Of a DNA stretch of 64,000 nucleotides, positions 12,613 to 25,342 are shown piece by piece. The DNA is taken from positions 9,424,001-9,488,000 of the forward strand of contig NW_025963891.1 of the NCBI RefSeq assembly GCF_023055435.1. The letters are read 5' to 3'. The position numbers were made by a program, and so were the translations under genes. Position 1 is the stretch's first letter. Each line of letters opens with the position of its first letter. Under the pieces are notes generated by a model that was given only the letters and a program-made list of their open reading frames with translations, was not told the DNA's origin and searched no databases. Source of the DNA: Haliotis rufescens (Eukaryota).

Positions 12613-12941
12613 TTGTACTAGTCTGTCTTACAGACCCTGATACAAATATATCAACTACAGCCCATGCAAGTCTATAATGTTTGGCAAGTCTAGATTACTG
12701 CAGTATCTGAAAATGAAGAGAATCACTGGGCTCCCTTTTTATTATATTTTTATTAAGATAACTGAACAACTGTTTTTTTCTGTACGATATGTTCATTTCA
12801 GAGACTATATGTTAGTCTAACACGTGTACGTATAATGTGTAACACAGCGGGTATTTCACCAAGTAGAAGCATTATATCATAAGATGTTTATTCCTGTGTC
12901 TAATACAAGGGGACACGTCGCCGTATCGCAGCTATCTTGTC

Positions 12942-13108
12942 AACCGTCACCGATAACAGATTACCGTCGACGTCATGGCGTCATAGACAAATACGCGCAC
13001 GTTGACAACAGCATCATGCGAGTCGTGATATAATAAGGTCATCCATGTATTTTTACATTATCTACAGAAAACAACAGAATATTTTTTTATTAAGTCACTC
13101 CAATAAAA
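12942..13108 (+). repeat. About 160-bp dispersed direct repeat, copy 2
   Basis: See 11649-11812. Confidence 0.85.
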
Positions 13109-13339
13109 TACGTGTTTCATTTATTTCATGATAAAATTATTTTGTCTCATGATGATACATTATTTAATAAATCAAACTGTCTTCGTCATTTGCTTGTGTA
13201 GTAGTAAATCTTACGGGACCAATTAACTTTTCTTATGATAAATACTTTTTAAACGTGACTAACGTCCTAGTCAATCTGTCTCAGAAATTGAAAAGCCAGT
13301 CAGCCAAGGGTGTGTTTCGGTAATATGGCTAACGCTTAT

Positions 13340-14340
13340 ATGCTTTAAACATTCATCTAATATCCAAACCGTACCATGATGAGTTCGCTACCTCGTTACG
13401 TCTTTATGGGGCAGGAGAAATGGGCTCGATGCTTCTTTTTTCAAACTTTTAGATTTGTAAGGCAAGGCTATCATGATAAGGACCGCAGCATTCCCATTTC
13501 TCTTTGTTTCGTGAACGTGGATTGATTAGATTTTAAATATTCGCATTTGGTAAAGTAAGAACGGAGGCTAACGAAAATAGGATCTTTCCGTTCGCGAGCA
13601 CTGCGCGGCTACCAGAACGCTTGTCATAAATCGCTAAGTTAGAGAGAATTTAAGGAAAGCGTTGAAATGAAATATGGCGAGCACATGTCCTGTCTCAGGA
13701 AAACACCCTCTCCGCTTCTTATCCCGCCAAGATGAACCAAGCACGCCGTGTTACGCTAATTTTGATACTATTGAATATTTCGCGACAGTGGTAGCGTCCC
13801 CTGGCTTTCAAATACCACTTACGCGCATTTTACCCACGTCGCACTGGCGGTTCGATAAAGGCATTAGAAGCTCCTAGCACTGTCAATAGCGAGCTTCTCA
13901 GCCGAAGCCCCTTTCATGCATGGGCCACGGATACATGAGAGCTGGTAGGCACGACGGGGCGGGCGGTCGGGCGGGCTTTCGTTCTCTCGTGGGTCGCTGA
14001 ATTACCGGTCTACTCCGTGCGTGCATCGATGGAATAAATATCGCCTAGGAAAGTAGTGACCCACAATCATCCACGCCCCTTTCGTGATTGATGGGTAGCG
14101 GAGAAAGAGACTAGCGGCACCTCGACACGCTACGGCCGTTATTGACGGCGCTGGTATCACAGGCAATGCCCGAAAAAAATTGATCCGGATTGGGAGTGCT
14201 GGCGCGGACCGAGGCTCCGTCTCTTAAAGGGACCGGGGGGTTCAGCTACAACTAGTGGGCGTCACGAGTTGCGCTGTGAAGAGAAACGAAACCTTCTCTT
14301 CAGCTTCTTGTGCATATTCGCTATTCGCTGGTATTATCAC
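13340..14340. promoter_or_regulatory. Repeat-free CpG-rich island, putative cis-regulatory element
   Basis: Unique GC-rich stretch; TCATAAATC at 13624, TGATTGATGG at 14085, GC-box-like gggcgggcgg near 13958. Confidence 0.35.
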
Positions 14341-15125
14341 GTATGAAAATGATAAATAGGATGTCGTATTAGTGTATGTTCACGCCCGAGACATAAATTT
14401 AATTACCTCTGCTCTCTTTTTTATTACATGCATTTATAACTCGTGAATAAAAGTGTTTCGAAAGGTGTTTCGTCTATTTCGCGGCTATATTAATGTAGTA
14501 AATTAAAAATGTGGCAATTTTCTGTTTTATCATTTTGAGAGGCGTCGCCAAGCTGTTTCAGGTTAGCACAACATCTGCACCAGCGATGTCAATTGACCTA
14601 AGTTTGAAAGATGTCCTCTAACATCCTTTCTTTCATCCCGTTTGCGCTTCAGCTAGTATACTGGACCGAAGCGCAAATACGCCCTATGAAATGACCAGTT
14701 GTTCACATAAACTTGTACCTCAAATGTTTCTAAAAATATGGACGGTTATTTCTTTACGAATCCTCCTGTGTTTTCTGAAAGGCCCGAAATTAACCATATC
14801 TCACTTCATTTCTTTAGGTTGGTTTTAACTACTGGCAAGCATGAACCGGTGTATCTTCAGTCAGCGCCTCATATTGGGCGTTATTTAAGGCGGTGTTTAT
14901 TTCTGGATATATTAAATGTACATTTAAACCCGTGGTAAGTAACACAGATGCGACTGAGGAGTGGGTGGTGCGATGGAGGGCTATTAGTAGTAGTAGACAT
15001 GCCCAAGCTGTTGAGCTGTGAGCATCTTTTGTGTTTGTTATTTCCCGAGCTTGAAGCGGTTGAAACAGAGACCAGTGTAGTGCTCAAACAGAGGGTTCAT
15101 GTCCATTTCAAAAAGATATATCCAA

Positions 15126-15392
15126 CGTTTGTTTGTTTGTTGTTTACTGCCGCACTTCGCAATATTCCAGCTATATGACGGCGGTCTGTAAATAATCGAG
15201 TCTGGAACAGACATTCCAGGGATTGATATCATGAGCATCGGGCCACGCAAAAGGGATATGATAACATGCATCAACCAAGTCAGCGAGACTGATCACTCGA
15301 ACCCGTTAGTCGCCTCTTACGACAAGCATAGTCACCTTTTAGGGCAAGCATGGGTTGCTGAAGACCTATTCTACCCCGGATCTTCACGGGTC
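15126..15392 (-). mobile_element. SINE family C, full length
   Basis: 5' end GACCCGTGAAGATCC; TSD tatatccaa at 15117-15125 and 15393-15401. Confidence 0.95.
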
Positions 15393-16430
15393 TATATCCA
15401 AAGAAATACGTAGAATATGAAGACTTTATAAATACAAACGGTTTCACTGTTTCCTAGATTCAACAAAGTTCGTTGACAGTTGTTGGTTTTTAAACATGAT
15501 CAATAGTGACAATGAGTCTTTTAAGAAAAGGCGAGTACACTGTCATCACTTTTGAATTAACTTCTACACTTAAATCGTTAATGAAACCCATCGAATATAA
15601 TTAAAACACTCGAAATAGCTGGAGCAGTCTCTACTTTAACCAAGGGTTCACAGGTGGTGGTGCTCGGGAGACAACTGACAAAGCCAAACTGGACTTTTTC
15701 GGCCGAAGTTCATCCTACTGTCCGGGGTAATTAAGATCCTCAAAGCAGTTCTAAAAATTCGTAATCAAACTTTAAACATTCGCATTCGCATAAAAATTAA
15801 ACTGTATATCACTTCTCTCCGTAATCCGCTTCATGTTATGCTGCCTCATTTTCAACATAACACGCCTTGCCAAATCGGCCGTAGTCGACAATCTCCGCTA
15901 AGAAGTGACTCGGTAATATATATCGCTCAAGTTGTTCACCACGTTCAAGATGATTGTTAATTATAAACTTCCTCGCCCATTAACTGGACTACTTTAACCA
16001 CCATATCCTGTATATAATCTCTTCGGTAGATGAAAAACTTTTAAAGGAGTTTTTAGTAACACGAGTCTTTCTACATCAATTACCGTTGTATACCGTGAAC
16101 AAACTAACGGTGAATGTCGGAATACTGTCAGTCATGTTTCATAAACGACGCTGAGTAGTAATTGGGTTGGTATTAACCACTCCAGCTGTCGCGGAAAGGT
16201 CATCCAGTATAAGAGGAGTGGGTGGGTCAGGTTTTACGCTGGGTTTTACGCCATTACAGCAGCGTCACGTCGTGAAACTCCATTGTTTCCAAGTAGCGGA
16301 TCGAACCCGGATGTTCTGCTGCATTAGCGAACGTGCTCTCCTTTAGGCTACAACCATAAAGGAAGGCTTTAATGACTGATTGTTTGTTCGCTTCGTTTAA
16401 GCAAAAGACGACTGGTAATATATCGAGCCT

Positions 16431-17703
16431 GCAGCCTATACTCATCCCAATCTCAGCTCCAGCAGCCTATACTCATCCCTATCTCAGCTCCAGCAGCCTA
16501 TACTCATCCCTATCTCAGCTCCAGCTGCCTATACTCATCCCTATCTCAGATCCATCTGCCTATACTCATCACGTCTCAGCTATAGCATCCTATACTCATC
16601 CCTATCTCAGCTCCAGCTGCCTATACTCATCCCTATCTCAGGTCCATCTGCCTATACTCATCCCAATCTCAGCTCCATCTGCCTATACTCATCACTTCTC
16701 ACCTATAGCATCCTTTACTCATCCCAATCTCAGCTCCAGCAGCCTATACTCATCCAATATCTCAGCTCCAGCAGCCTATACCCATCCCTATCTCAGCTCC
16801 AGCAGCCTATACTCATCCCTTATCTCTGCTCCAGCAGCATATTGGCATCCCCCACCACAGCTCTAGCAGCATATACCCATCCGTTATCTCAGCTCTAGTA
16901 GCATATTGTCATCCCCCATCACAGCTCCAGCAGCCTATACTCATCCAATATCTCAGCTCCAGCAGCCTATACCCATCCCTATCTCAGCTCCAGCAGCCTA
17001 TACTCATCCCTTATCTCTGCTCCAGCAGCATATTGGCATCCCCCACCACAGCTCTAGCAGCATATACCCATCCGTTATCTCAGCTCTAGTAGCATATTGT
17101 CATCCCCCATCACAGCTCTAGCAGCCTATAGTCATCCAATATCTCAGCTCCAGCAGCCTATACCCATCCCTGTCTCAGCTCTAGCAGCCTATACTCATCC
17201 CTTATCTCAGCTCCAGCAGCATATTGGCATCCCCCACCACAGCTCTAGCAGCATATACCCATCCGTTATCTCAGCTCTAGTAGCATATTGTCATCCCCCA
17301 TCACAGCTCTAGCAGCCTATACTCATCCAATATCTCAGCTCCAGCAGCCTATACCCATCCCTGTCTCAGCTCCAGCAGCATATTGTCATCCCCCACCTCA
17401 GCTCTAGCAGCCTATACTCATCCAATATCTCAGCTCCAGCAGCCTATACCCATCCCTGTCTCAGCTCTAGCAGCCTATACTCATCCCTTATCTCAGCTCC
17501 AGCAGCATATTGGCATCCCCCACCACAGCTCTAGCAGCATATACCCATCCGTTATCTCAGCTCTAGTAGCATATTGTCATCCCCCATCACAGCTCTAGCA
17601 GCCTATACTCATCCAATATCTCAGCTCCAGCAGCCTATACCCATCCCTGTCTCAGCTCTAGCAGCCTATACTCATCCCTTATCTCAGCTCCAATACTCAT
17701 CCC
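16431..17703. repeat. 31-33 bp minisatellite with a 191-bp higher-order repeat in its right half
   Basis: Unit atctcagctccagcagcctatactcatccct; near-identical ORFs start 191 bp apart (16906/17097 and 17383/17574). Confidence 0.95.
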
Positions 17704-17904
17704 CTTTTCTGCCTAGGTTCCCTTGCAGAATGATTCTATACAACCTCATACATAACCCTTGTCAGGGACTATATGTCAGTCTAGTCCGCTACCCATGGAT
17801 TACATTAAATTTAGAGTTTGGTACAGCCGAAGTGTCGCAGTGCAGTAAAAAAACTCTCCGGTACAATCGGATGTCTGTCTCCGAGTTAGCCGTAGTTCGC
17901 TATG

Positions 17905-18125
17905 ATTGATTGTTTGTTGTTTAACGTCGCATTCAGCAATATTCCAACTGTATGTCTGTAAATAATCGAGTCTGGATCAGGCAATCCAGGGATTGACATC
18001 ATGAACATTATCTATCTACGCATTTGAGATACGATGGCATGCATCAACCAAGAACCGATCCCCTAAGTCGCCTCTTACTACAAGCACTGGTTGCTGAAGA
18101 TCCACTCTAACAGTGATCTTCATGC
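17905..18125 (-). mobile_element. Degenerate SINE family C
   Basis: Tail, body and decayed head recognisable. Confidence 0.75.
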
Positions 18126-18151
18126 GCATGTAGTTGTCCATGAGTTATACC

Positions 18152-18329
18152 NNNNNNNNNNNNNNNNNNNNNNNNNNNNNNNNNNNNNNNNNNNNNNNNN
18201 NNNNNNNNNNNNNNNNNNNNNNNNNNNNNNNNNNNNNNNNNNNNNNNNNNNNNNNNNNNNNNNNNNNNNNNNNNNNNNNNNNNNNNNNNNNNNNNNNNNN
18301 NNNNNNNNNNNNNNNNNNNNNNNNNNNNN
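18152..18329. other. Assembly gap (N run)
   Basis: Run of n. Confidence 1.
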
Positions 18330-19326
18330 GCGTACGCTTTCAACAGTATGTCCCCACATGGGTACAGTTTGTGTCCCACACACCCATCACCTATACATCC
18401 ATCCCTCCCAACGTGATATTGCTGGAATATTGCTAAAAGCGGCGCCATACAGTACTGAGAAACAGTATATTTAAGTTGCATATCAGGTAGTGTCATAACT
18501 TTGATAGAGGAGAGTTCAGGTAAAAAACATACACCTCTTTGGTGAAACCCACGAGCACGGTCATTGTGCTGGCTGCTGACCAATAGTCGTATCGAGCAAA
18601 TATTTGTTTCTTACCCATGGAAAGCGGATCCTGGCACTATAAAGGGACGCAACAACGGCGCCGTAGGCCACAGATCCATAGCGAGACTGGACAACGATTA
18701 ATTCGCCTAACCCGCCCCGCCTCCGCGTATTTGTTGTGATATACGAGATCATACAGCAACTGAATTATCGAGTCCGTGAGTTAAACGTTTGTGTTCAATC
18801 AGCAATATTTCAGCCACACAGAGACGATCAACGTTCAAAGGAAGTGGCACGAATATCGAAGTCTCGATCGGTGGTACTGGTCAATGGGCTAAGTGTTTGC
18901 CTCCCCGTGTTCGATTCCTTCATGAGAATATTTTGTGAAGCCCATTGTTAGGCGTTCCTTGTATGCTTGTGATGGTTCGTGAAGGCGTGGACGTTCAAAT
19001 ATAAGGTAACGATCCATGCACCACAGAGCCGCAATGAAGTATCCCGTTTGTCCAGTCGGAAACAGTTGAGTAGTGTGGAGAGAATAGCAATAGCATTATT
19101 GATATTCGATCGTGCCGGGGAAACGCCTGATACAGTATGGACGTTTTGTATCCAATTAGAGAATCGAACCCTGGTCTATAAGACACAGTTGTCGAAGCGT
19201 ATCCCTTTGTTGCCTCCGGGGAATCATACGTCCCCAATTCCCCAAGCTGGATCAGAGTGAGTTATGTTTAATGCCGCATTGACCTGTATATCAGCTACTT
19301 GTAGATTGCGGCGTGTCTGATTAACT

Positions 19327-19598
19327 TTGTTTGTTTGTTTGTTTGTTTCTTGTTCTTGGCCACCACGTTTAGTATCAAATGCCCTTTTGATCAAGGAATG
19401 CCGTTTTAGTCAAGTAGGCTTGTTGGTTTGTTGTTTAACGCTGCACTCAGCAATATTTCAGCTATATGACGACGGTCCGTAAATAATCGAGTCTGGACCA
19501 GACAATCCAGTGATTGACATCATGAGCATCAATCCACGTAATTGGGATACAATGACATGCATCAAGTCAGCGATCCAGAGATCCGGATCTTCACGGGT
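19327..19598 (-). mobile_element. Internally deleted SINE C followed by about 55 bp of Penelope RT sequence and a second (AAAC)n tail
   Basis: Reverse complement reads C tail, then actaaaacggcattccttgatcaaaagggcatttgatactaaacgtggtggcca (homologous to 6819-6872), then aaacaaacaaac. Confidence 0.8.
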
Positions 19599-19724
19599 TG
19601 ACACAGGTGGAAGACATGTCGTGATACACGGGTGGTTCTGGGCCACAGTGTCCCCGTCGACAACGTTGAGACCTGGTTGGTTGTTTGTATTGGGTCTATG
19701 GTGGCGTATATGCTAATGTTTGTG

Positions 19725-19884
19725 ACTGAGTGAGTGAATTTGGTTTTATGCCGCTCAGCACCATTTCAGTTATACACCATTGTGTCAGCTTGATGTGGTG
19801 AGGTGAGGTGAGGTGAAATTGGGTTTAACGTCGCGTCCAAGATTATTGTACTTATATAGTGACGTGCATGCACGTGTGTGTTTG

Positions 19885-19916
<32 letters not shown>

Positions 19917-20250
19917 TGCGTGTGTGTGTGGCTGCTTGTACTAGTCCGGACTGATACCGATTTAGAGTGCTAGCACACTGAGATACAACGCCGCAGTTTA
20001 ACATGAATACCCCACTCAGACACAGTATACTGACTCCGAGCCGAACAGTCCTGAAGACCTATCCTCACCCGGATCTTCACGGGTCGACATCTTTGGAGAA
20101 TCCACAAATACGGGAAGGGTGCTGACAATCCTAGAAACTTAATCAGGGTGAACCGGGATTTGAACCTAAGATCACTGGTTTCTGGCTCGCCTAAGGGACG
20201 CAAGTCTGCACAGCGGATTGTGGCGTCATAGACAACCGGCCACCCTCGTT
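19725..20250 (-). mobile_element. Mosaic of SINE fragments: B tail, D (about 19796-20052), C head, B head
   Basis: Successive blocks match each family consensus. Confidence 0.7.
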
Positions 20251-20758
20251 TGTCTGGGCGCAGATCCGATTAATTTCAAACCGGCGTGGTATGGTTGCGA
20301 TACCACTGAAGGGGTGTAAAACAACACCTGCTCACTCATTCGCAGGCAAACTATGACCCATTTCGTAGAAGCAGCGAACACGCCAGAACAAACCCAATCA
20401 ATTTTGTCAAATCAAATGCCAAACAATATTTTAACCGGACATTTTTACTGTCAGTGAGGTTCCATGGTAATCAAACTGTCGTCAGTCTTTTCTGTTCTGC
20501 GAAAGAAACATAGCGTAATACTTTGAAAAATGGCGGCACGTCTCTTCCGAGGTGTACATTTCCAAAGTAAAATGCCCGATGTGGCCTGAATGGATTGGAT
20601 GTCAATAACCGTTTAGCTTTTCTCGTATCCGTTTCCGATGTCAAGACTCTGTTACACCTCAGAAGGCGCCGAATTAGCGCCCCCAAACCTTAAGCTTGTA
20701 ATGGATTATTTAGCTTGCAAATCCCACCATACTGTACTCATTAATATGTGTACCATGG

Positions 20759-20761
<3 letters not shown>

Positions 20762-20831
<70 letters not shown>
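20762..20831. repeat. (CT)n microsatellite
   Basis: About 35 perfect units. Confidence 0.98.
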
Positions 20832-20835
<4 letters not shown>

Positions 20836-20999
20836 GAGAGCAAACTGTTTTACTCCTACGCTCAACCAACTCCATTATATCAAGCCACACACTCACACCG
20901 TGTAAACCTATTAAATGGGATATGGCATCCTAGAAATTTTCATCAACTATCCGCATCTTGTAGCCGTGATGACCACATTTGCTATATCTAACCCAAACC

Positions 21000-21580
21000 A
21001 ACACACTGCCCACGAGGAGAGGACATAAACTTACGCCCATCTAAAACGACCGCCAAGCATGCACCCTCCTACACGCCGCCGCTGAAACATAAACTCTCAC
21101 TCCTCCCCCATTCCCCCTCTCCATCCCGCATTCCCGCTATCGCCCGTCAAGCGAGGGTAGTTACTCGATTAGCACGCCGTAGGCGAGAATATTTACAAGC
21201 AGTCGATAACAGTCCTGGCTACGGCCGTCTCTCGCCCCTCACGTGTCGAGAGCAATCTTCAAGAAGTCTACTCCGGCGTTCCGCGACTACGGTTGAGGCA
21301 GCGAGCGGGTCGGAGTGTGGCGCCGGGGCCTCGCTACCCCTGGGGTGCTCCAATCTCCGGTAGGGGACGTGGGAGATGGATTTATGTCAATCAGGGAACA
21401 GGGAAGGGTCGAGTTATCTGCGGGCGCTACTATCTGTATGTCGGGAAGAGATTGGAGGTTTTGGTGTTGGCGAACAAGGCGCTATCGTACGCCGTGCAAG
21501 TTCTCTTTCACTCCGCTTGTTTGTAGCCGTGTTGATAGAGAGAATGCGTTTGAGTGAAAGCGCTGCGGTGGAGTTCTTTT
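21000..21580. promoter_or_regulatory. Repeat-free GC/CpG-rich island, putative regulatory element
   Basis: Very GC-rich unique stretch; GGATTTATGTCAATCA at 21378-21393. Confidence 0.35.
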
Positions 21581-22065
21581 AATGTTTCTTAAGTTTGCGA
21601 AACCTAATTTTTAAGACAGTTTATTTGTATATATTTCCTATGTGTGAGTTTGAGCAGAGGCACTTCAAACCGATGAGGATTTGGTGTGAAACTGGGGGGA
21701 TTTGCATGCGCTGCCTCCGATGGATGCAAAAGAACTACTGAGAGATTATACCACACCGACAGCTGTTGTCGCTATGCCAACAGACTCCAAGAAGAACAAA
21801 CAAACTGCACGTGACCTCATACTAAAGTCCGCGGTGTATTATGCTTCTGTTCTTCCAATACCCAGCACAATATCAATTATAAATCATACTCATAATGATA
21901 TGCTACAAATACAACGTAGCTTACACACCGTGAAACCTCATTTACTCGAACTCGTTTAACTTGACATGTCGTTTAAAACATTGTTTTCCGGTCCCGTTCC
22001 TCCACCGTAAGCCTATGTTATATTATTGGAGTTTCGATCACATGAGCGCTGAGATCGCTTCCATG

Positions 22066-22197
22066 TTGGCCCGATCTCCAGAATGGTTCAGCGATCGTAG
22101 TCCCCGCTACTACGACTGTCGTAGGTTTGTCTGTATGTTAAAGGACGGGAGTTAAGACCATGTTATCGCTAAGAACGTTTCATAAAAACGGCCCTGG
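22066..22197. mobile_element. Degenerate short Harbinger-like MITE
   Basis: Similar to 62119-62227 (gtcgtag...gggagtta...cgctaaga...gggccctgg). Confidence 0.5.
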
Positions 22198-22450
22198 TCG
22201 AATGTTTATTAGACTAACACTTCGTCAAAGAAACCACGTCTTTAAAAAAAAAAAATTCTTCGAAAGAACCTCTCAACTTCTGCTGTTTTTTTTTAAATCG
22301 AGCAAGCTAGACTTGATTATAGTTTGATCTAGACTTGCCAAGGCTTTTAGTAAAAAAGAAATACCTAAAAAACATTCATGGGGCAGGACAAAATGTTTAT
22401 GGACACTAGGGTCTAATATCAACGCTCCGGTTGTCTTTCTTACTGTACCA

Positions 22451-22660
22451 GGGGGCACGGGGGGCCCAGTCGTCTAAGGCGCCGCGATTCGCTGTGCAGA
22501 GTTGCGTCCCTTGGGCACGCCAGAAACCTGTGATTGTGGGTTCGAATCCCGGTTCGCCCCGTTTATGTTTCCAGGTTTGTCGGCACCGTGCTCGTGGGTT
22601 TCATCGAAGTGGTAAACGTCTGAGACATGCATCACTTCGGTCTTTAACGTCAGCGAACAC
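22451..22660 (+). mobile_element. SINE family B, 3'-truncated
   Basis: Intact head and body, tail missing. Confidence 0.85.
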
Positions 22661-22849
22661 CAAGAACAGGTTCGCATAGAGTACCCGTATATTGAAGCGC
22701 ATCCGGGTTGTGGAGTTTGAATTCCACGCCTCATTTTAAAGACGTAGATTGAAGAAAATTTTGATGAGAGTTCAAAAACAATCACGACGAAGGTTCGTCT
22801 TCGAGATAACATTTTAGATGCCGATTCCAGTAGCTGAGAGTTGCACATA

Positions 22850-23002
22850 CTGTATTTCCTCGATTAAACGCCGGGACTCGATTAAACGGCGTGTAGTGTC
22901 TATGCAAGGAATTCTCCCCAATATTATATTTACGATTAAACACCGGGGCTAAAGAGTGTCTGAAAGAAATATACACCCGGGCGTTTAGTCGAGGAAATAC
23001 AG
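22850..23002. mobile_element. Tc1/mariner-pogo type MITE
   Basis: TIR ctgtatttcctcgattaaacgcc / ggcgtttagtcgaggaaatacag, flanked by TA. Confidence 0.85.
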
Positions 23003-23345
23003 TACGGTCGAAGGCAGATAACAAGCTCCTGGCTTCGAGAAGATATGAACGTTAATGAAGATCAATTCTAACCCGAATCTTCACGAGGGGAGACAAGCAT
23101 GGGTAGCTGTATATACCTGAATGTACCTGATTGTACCTGTGTAATTGTGTACCGGTGAGTAACACGACTTTTTAAATTTATTTGGAAAGTGACTAATGCC
23201 TCAAAGACATAGCAAAGTAAAAGTCTAGATTTCGCCCCGTTGGTTCCTATACTGAGTGCTCAAGTAATCTTTGCTATGGAACATTGGTAGGTTATTTTGT
23301 TTTTGCCCTTGATAACTTTCTTTGTGATGATTGCTACATAGAAGA

Positions 23346-23512
23346 GAGTGAGTGAGTATGGTTTTACGTCGCTTTTAACAATAATACAGCAATATCACGG
23401 CGGGGGACATCAGACATTAATGGACTTCACACATTCTACCCATGTGGAGCATCGAACCCCGGTCTTCGGCGTGACGAGCGAACGCTTAAACCATTAGGCT
23501 ACCCAAGCGCCC
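23346..23512 (-). mobile_element. SINE family A
   Basis: Full-length, moderately diverged. Confidence 0.9.
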
Positions 23513-24625
23513 AGAGAAGATAACGAAGTGTCCGTTCTGAGCAAGAGATATCACAGTTATTATGACTTCGATTTTTCAGAAGGTAATGGTGGTGTATATG
23601 ATTAGATTAAGGCTAAGATTAAATGTTAGACGATTTAAATGCTGGAAGTACCATGAAAATAGTGTAATTTGACCGACGAAGTTTGACATTTATTTTCGGA
23701 AAACTTAACACATTACAAATTATAAATAACATAATTCCTCTTGTTCGGAGCACGGATACTCTACGTTTTTAAAGCACTTTCACAATAAATAAGTAACTAA
23801 ATTCTTCACATCAGGAACAAGTATGGATTCATAGAGGTTAGCTTTTTGTCCTTTTCTAAATAGCGGGGCTCCCGTTCCCCAGTGAGGTAACGCAGTAACT
23901 GAACATGGTCATTTGAACTCATCATAAAACCCCATCTTCAGAAAGTGTCCGAAAAAGGACGTACTAACTACATAATATACGCAAAGTACATGAAAGTCTA
24001 TATGATTCTATTCACGTACTCTTCAGCATCAGTGGTAAGTGTGCTGCCCTCAATAAATATAAAAAAACATGGGTGGTTCGTATTAGTACCTTCGTCATTG
24101 TGAGCTTCAAATATGAAAATAAGTTCAGTCGATTGAAATTATTGTTTGTCCATTTGTTAAATTTATAGAAAATTGTGCTATTTTGAACATGAATAATCAA
24201 TAATGTAAGCAACCCGATCTGTGCTATGCAGGACGAACATTAATCTACATTTAATGAAATGATGAGTTATACGTAAAAATGTACATAAACAGTTAATGTG
24301 ATAGGACGTTTTTCACGCGCAATGTACATCAGATCACACTGAATAACATTCAATATCTATGTTAATTATATAATGCATATTTATGATATAGCATTGTGGT
24401 GTTGAGTGAATAATGTTTGAATATTGAACGTTGAAATGTATATGATTTGTGTAGATGTACTCACAGCACTCTGCGGCTTAAACACACACTCACACGCTAT
24501 CGGACGCGAACATTTCTCGCCATTTTGGCGATTATCTGAACATTTGTGCACTACATGACCTCACGATCCCGACCGTGGGGTGTAATTATCGCGCCCAGTT
24601 CGCGATCGATCCGCGAGATGTTTGT

Positions 24626-24789
24626 GAGTGAGTGAATATGGTTTTACGCCGCTTTTAGCAATATTCCAGCAATATCACGGCGGGGGACACCAGATATGGG
24701 CTTCACACAGTGTACCCATGTCGGGAATCGAACCCGGGTCTTCGGCGTGACGAGCGAACGCTTTAACCACTAGGCTACCCGACCGCCCC
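24626..24789 (-). mobile_element. SINE family A
   Basis: Near consensus; TSD tgtttgt. Confidence 0.95.
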
Positions 24790-25342
24790 TGTTTGTTTTG
24801 AACAGTACTCTACATAATAATCATTTTCAAACACTTATACATACATATTATTGTATATGCATAATAAATTATCTTCATTTTAACGGCAAAGATCACATCC
24901 CAACACGTGATACCAAAATATATGACAAAATAACATGATTTAGCACACGCACGTAGATATAACAAATACGGGTGTTTCACGTAGGCCTGGCTTCGACCAA
25001 CATTAAGGATATGAAATGAAATTAAATGTTTGACGGTCCGTCTTGTTTAGTTGTAATATACGTTGCGATATCTCTCAAGAGAGGAGAGGGAGGCAGTCAG
25101 TGAGAGAGGGACTGAGTGAGTGAGGGATGGAGTCCCTAGTGGAGTTTTGTGGCGCTTTTAGCCCTATTCCAGCAATACCTCGCCTGGGGACACCGGAAAT
25201 GGGCTTCACACATTGTACCTAAGTGGGGGATCAAAGCCGGGCCTTCCACAAACGAACGCTGTAACCACTAGGATATTACTCCTTCCCATGTTTGAGAGAA
25301 GTATGTTTGGACGCTATACAGTTGTACTATGTCGCTACACAG

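Noticed and set aside
15340-15392. Hammerhead or HDV ribozyme in the family C head
   Set aside because: Antisense CTGAAGA lacks the downstream GAAA core; the sense strand lacks the HDV P1/P3/L3 arrangement
18091-18583. ORFs spanning the first N gap
   Set aside because: Artefacts of N translation
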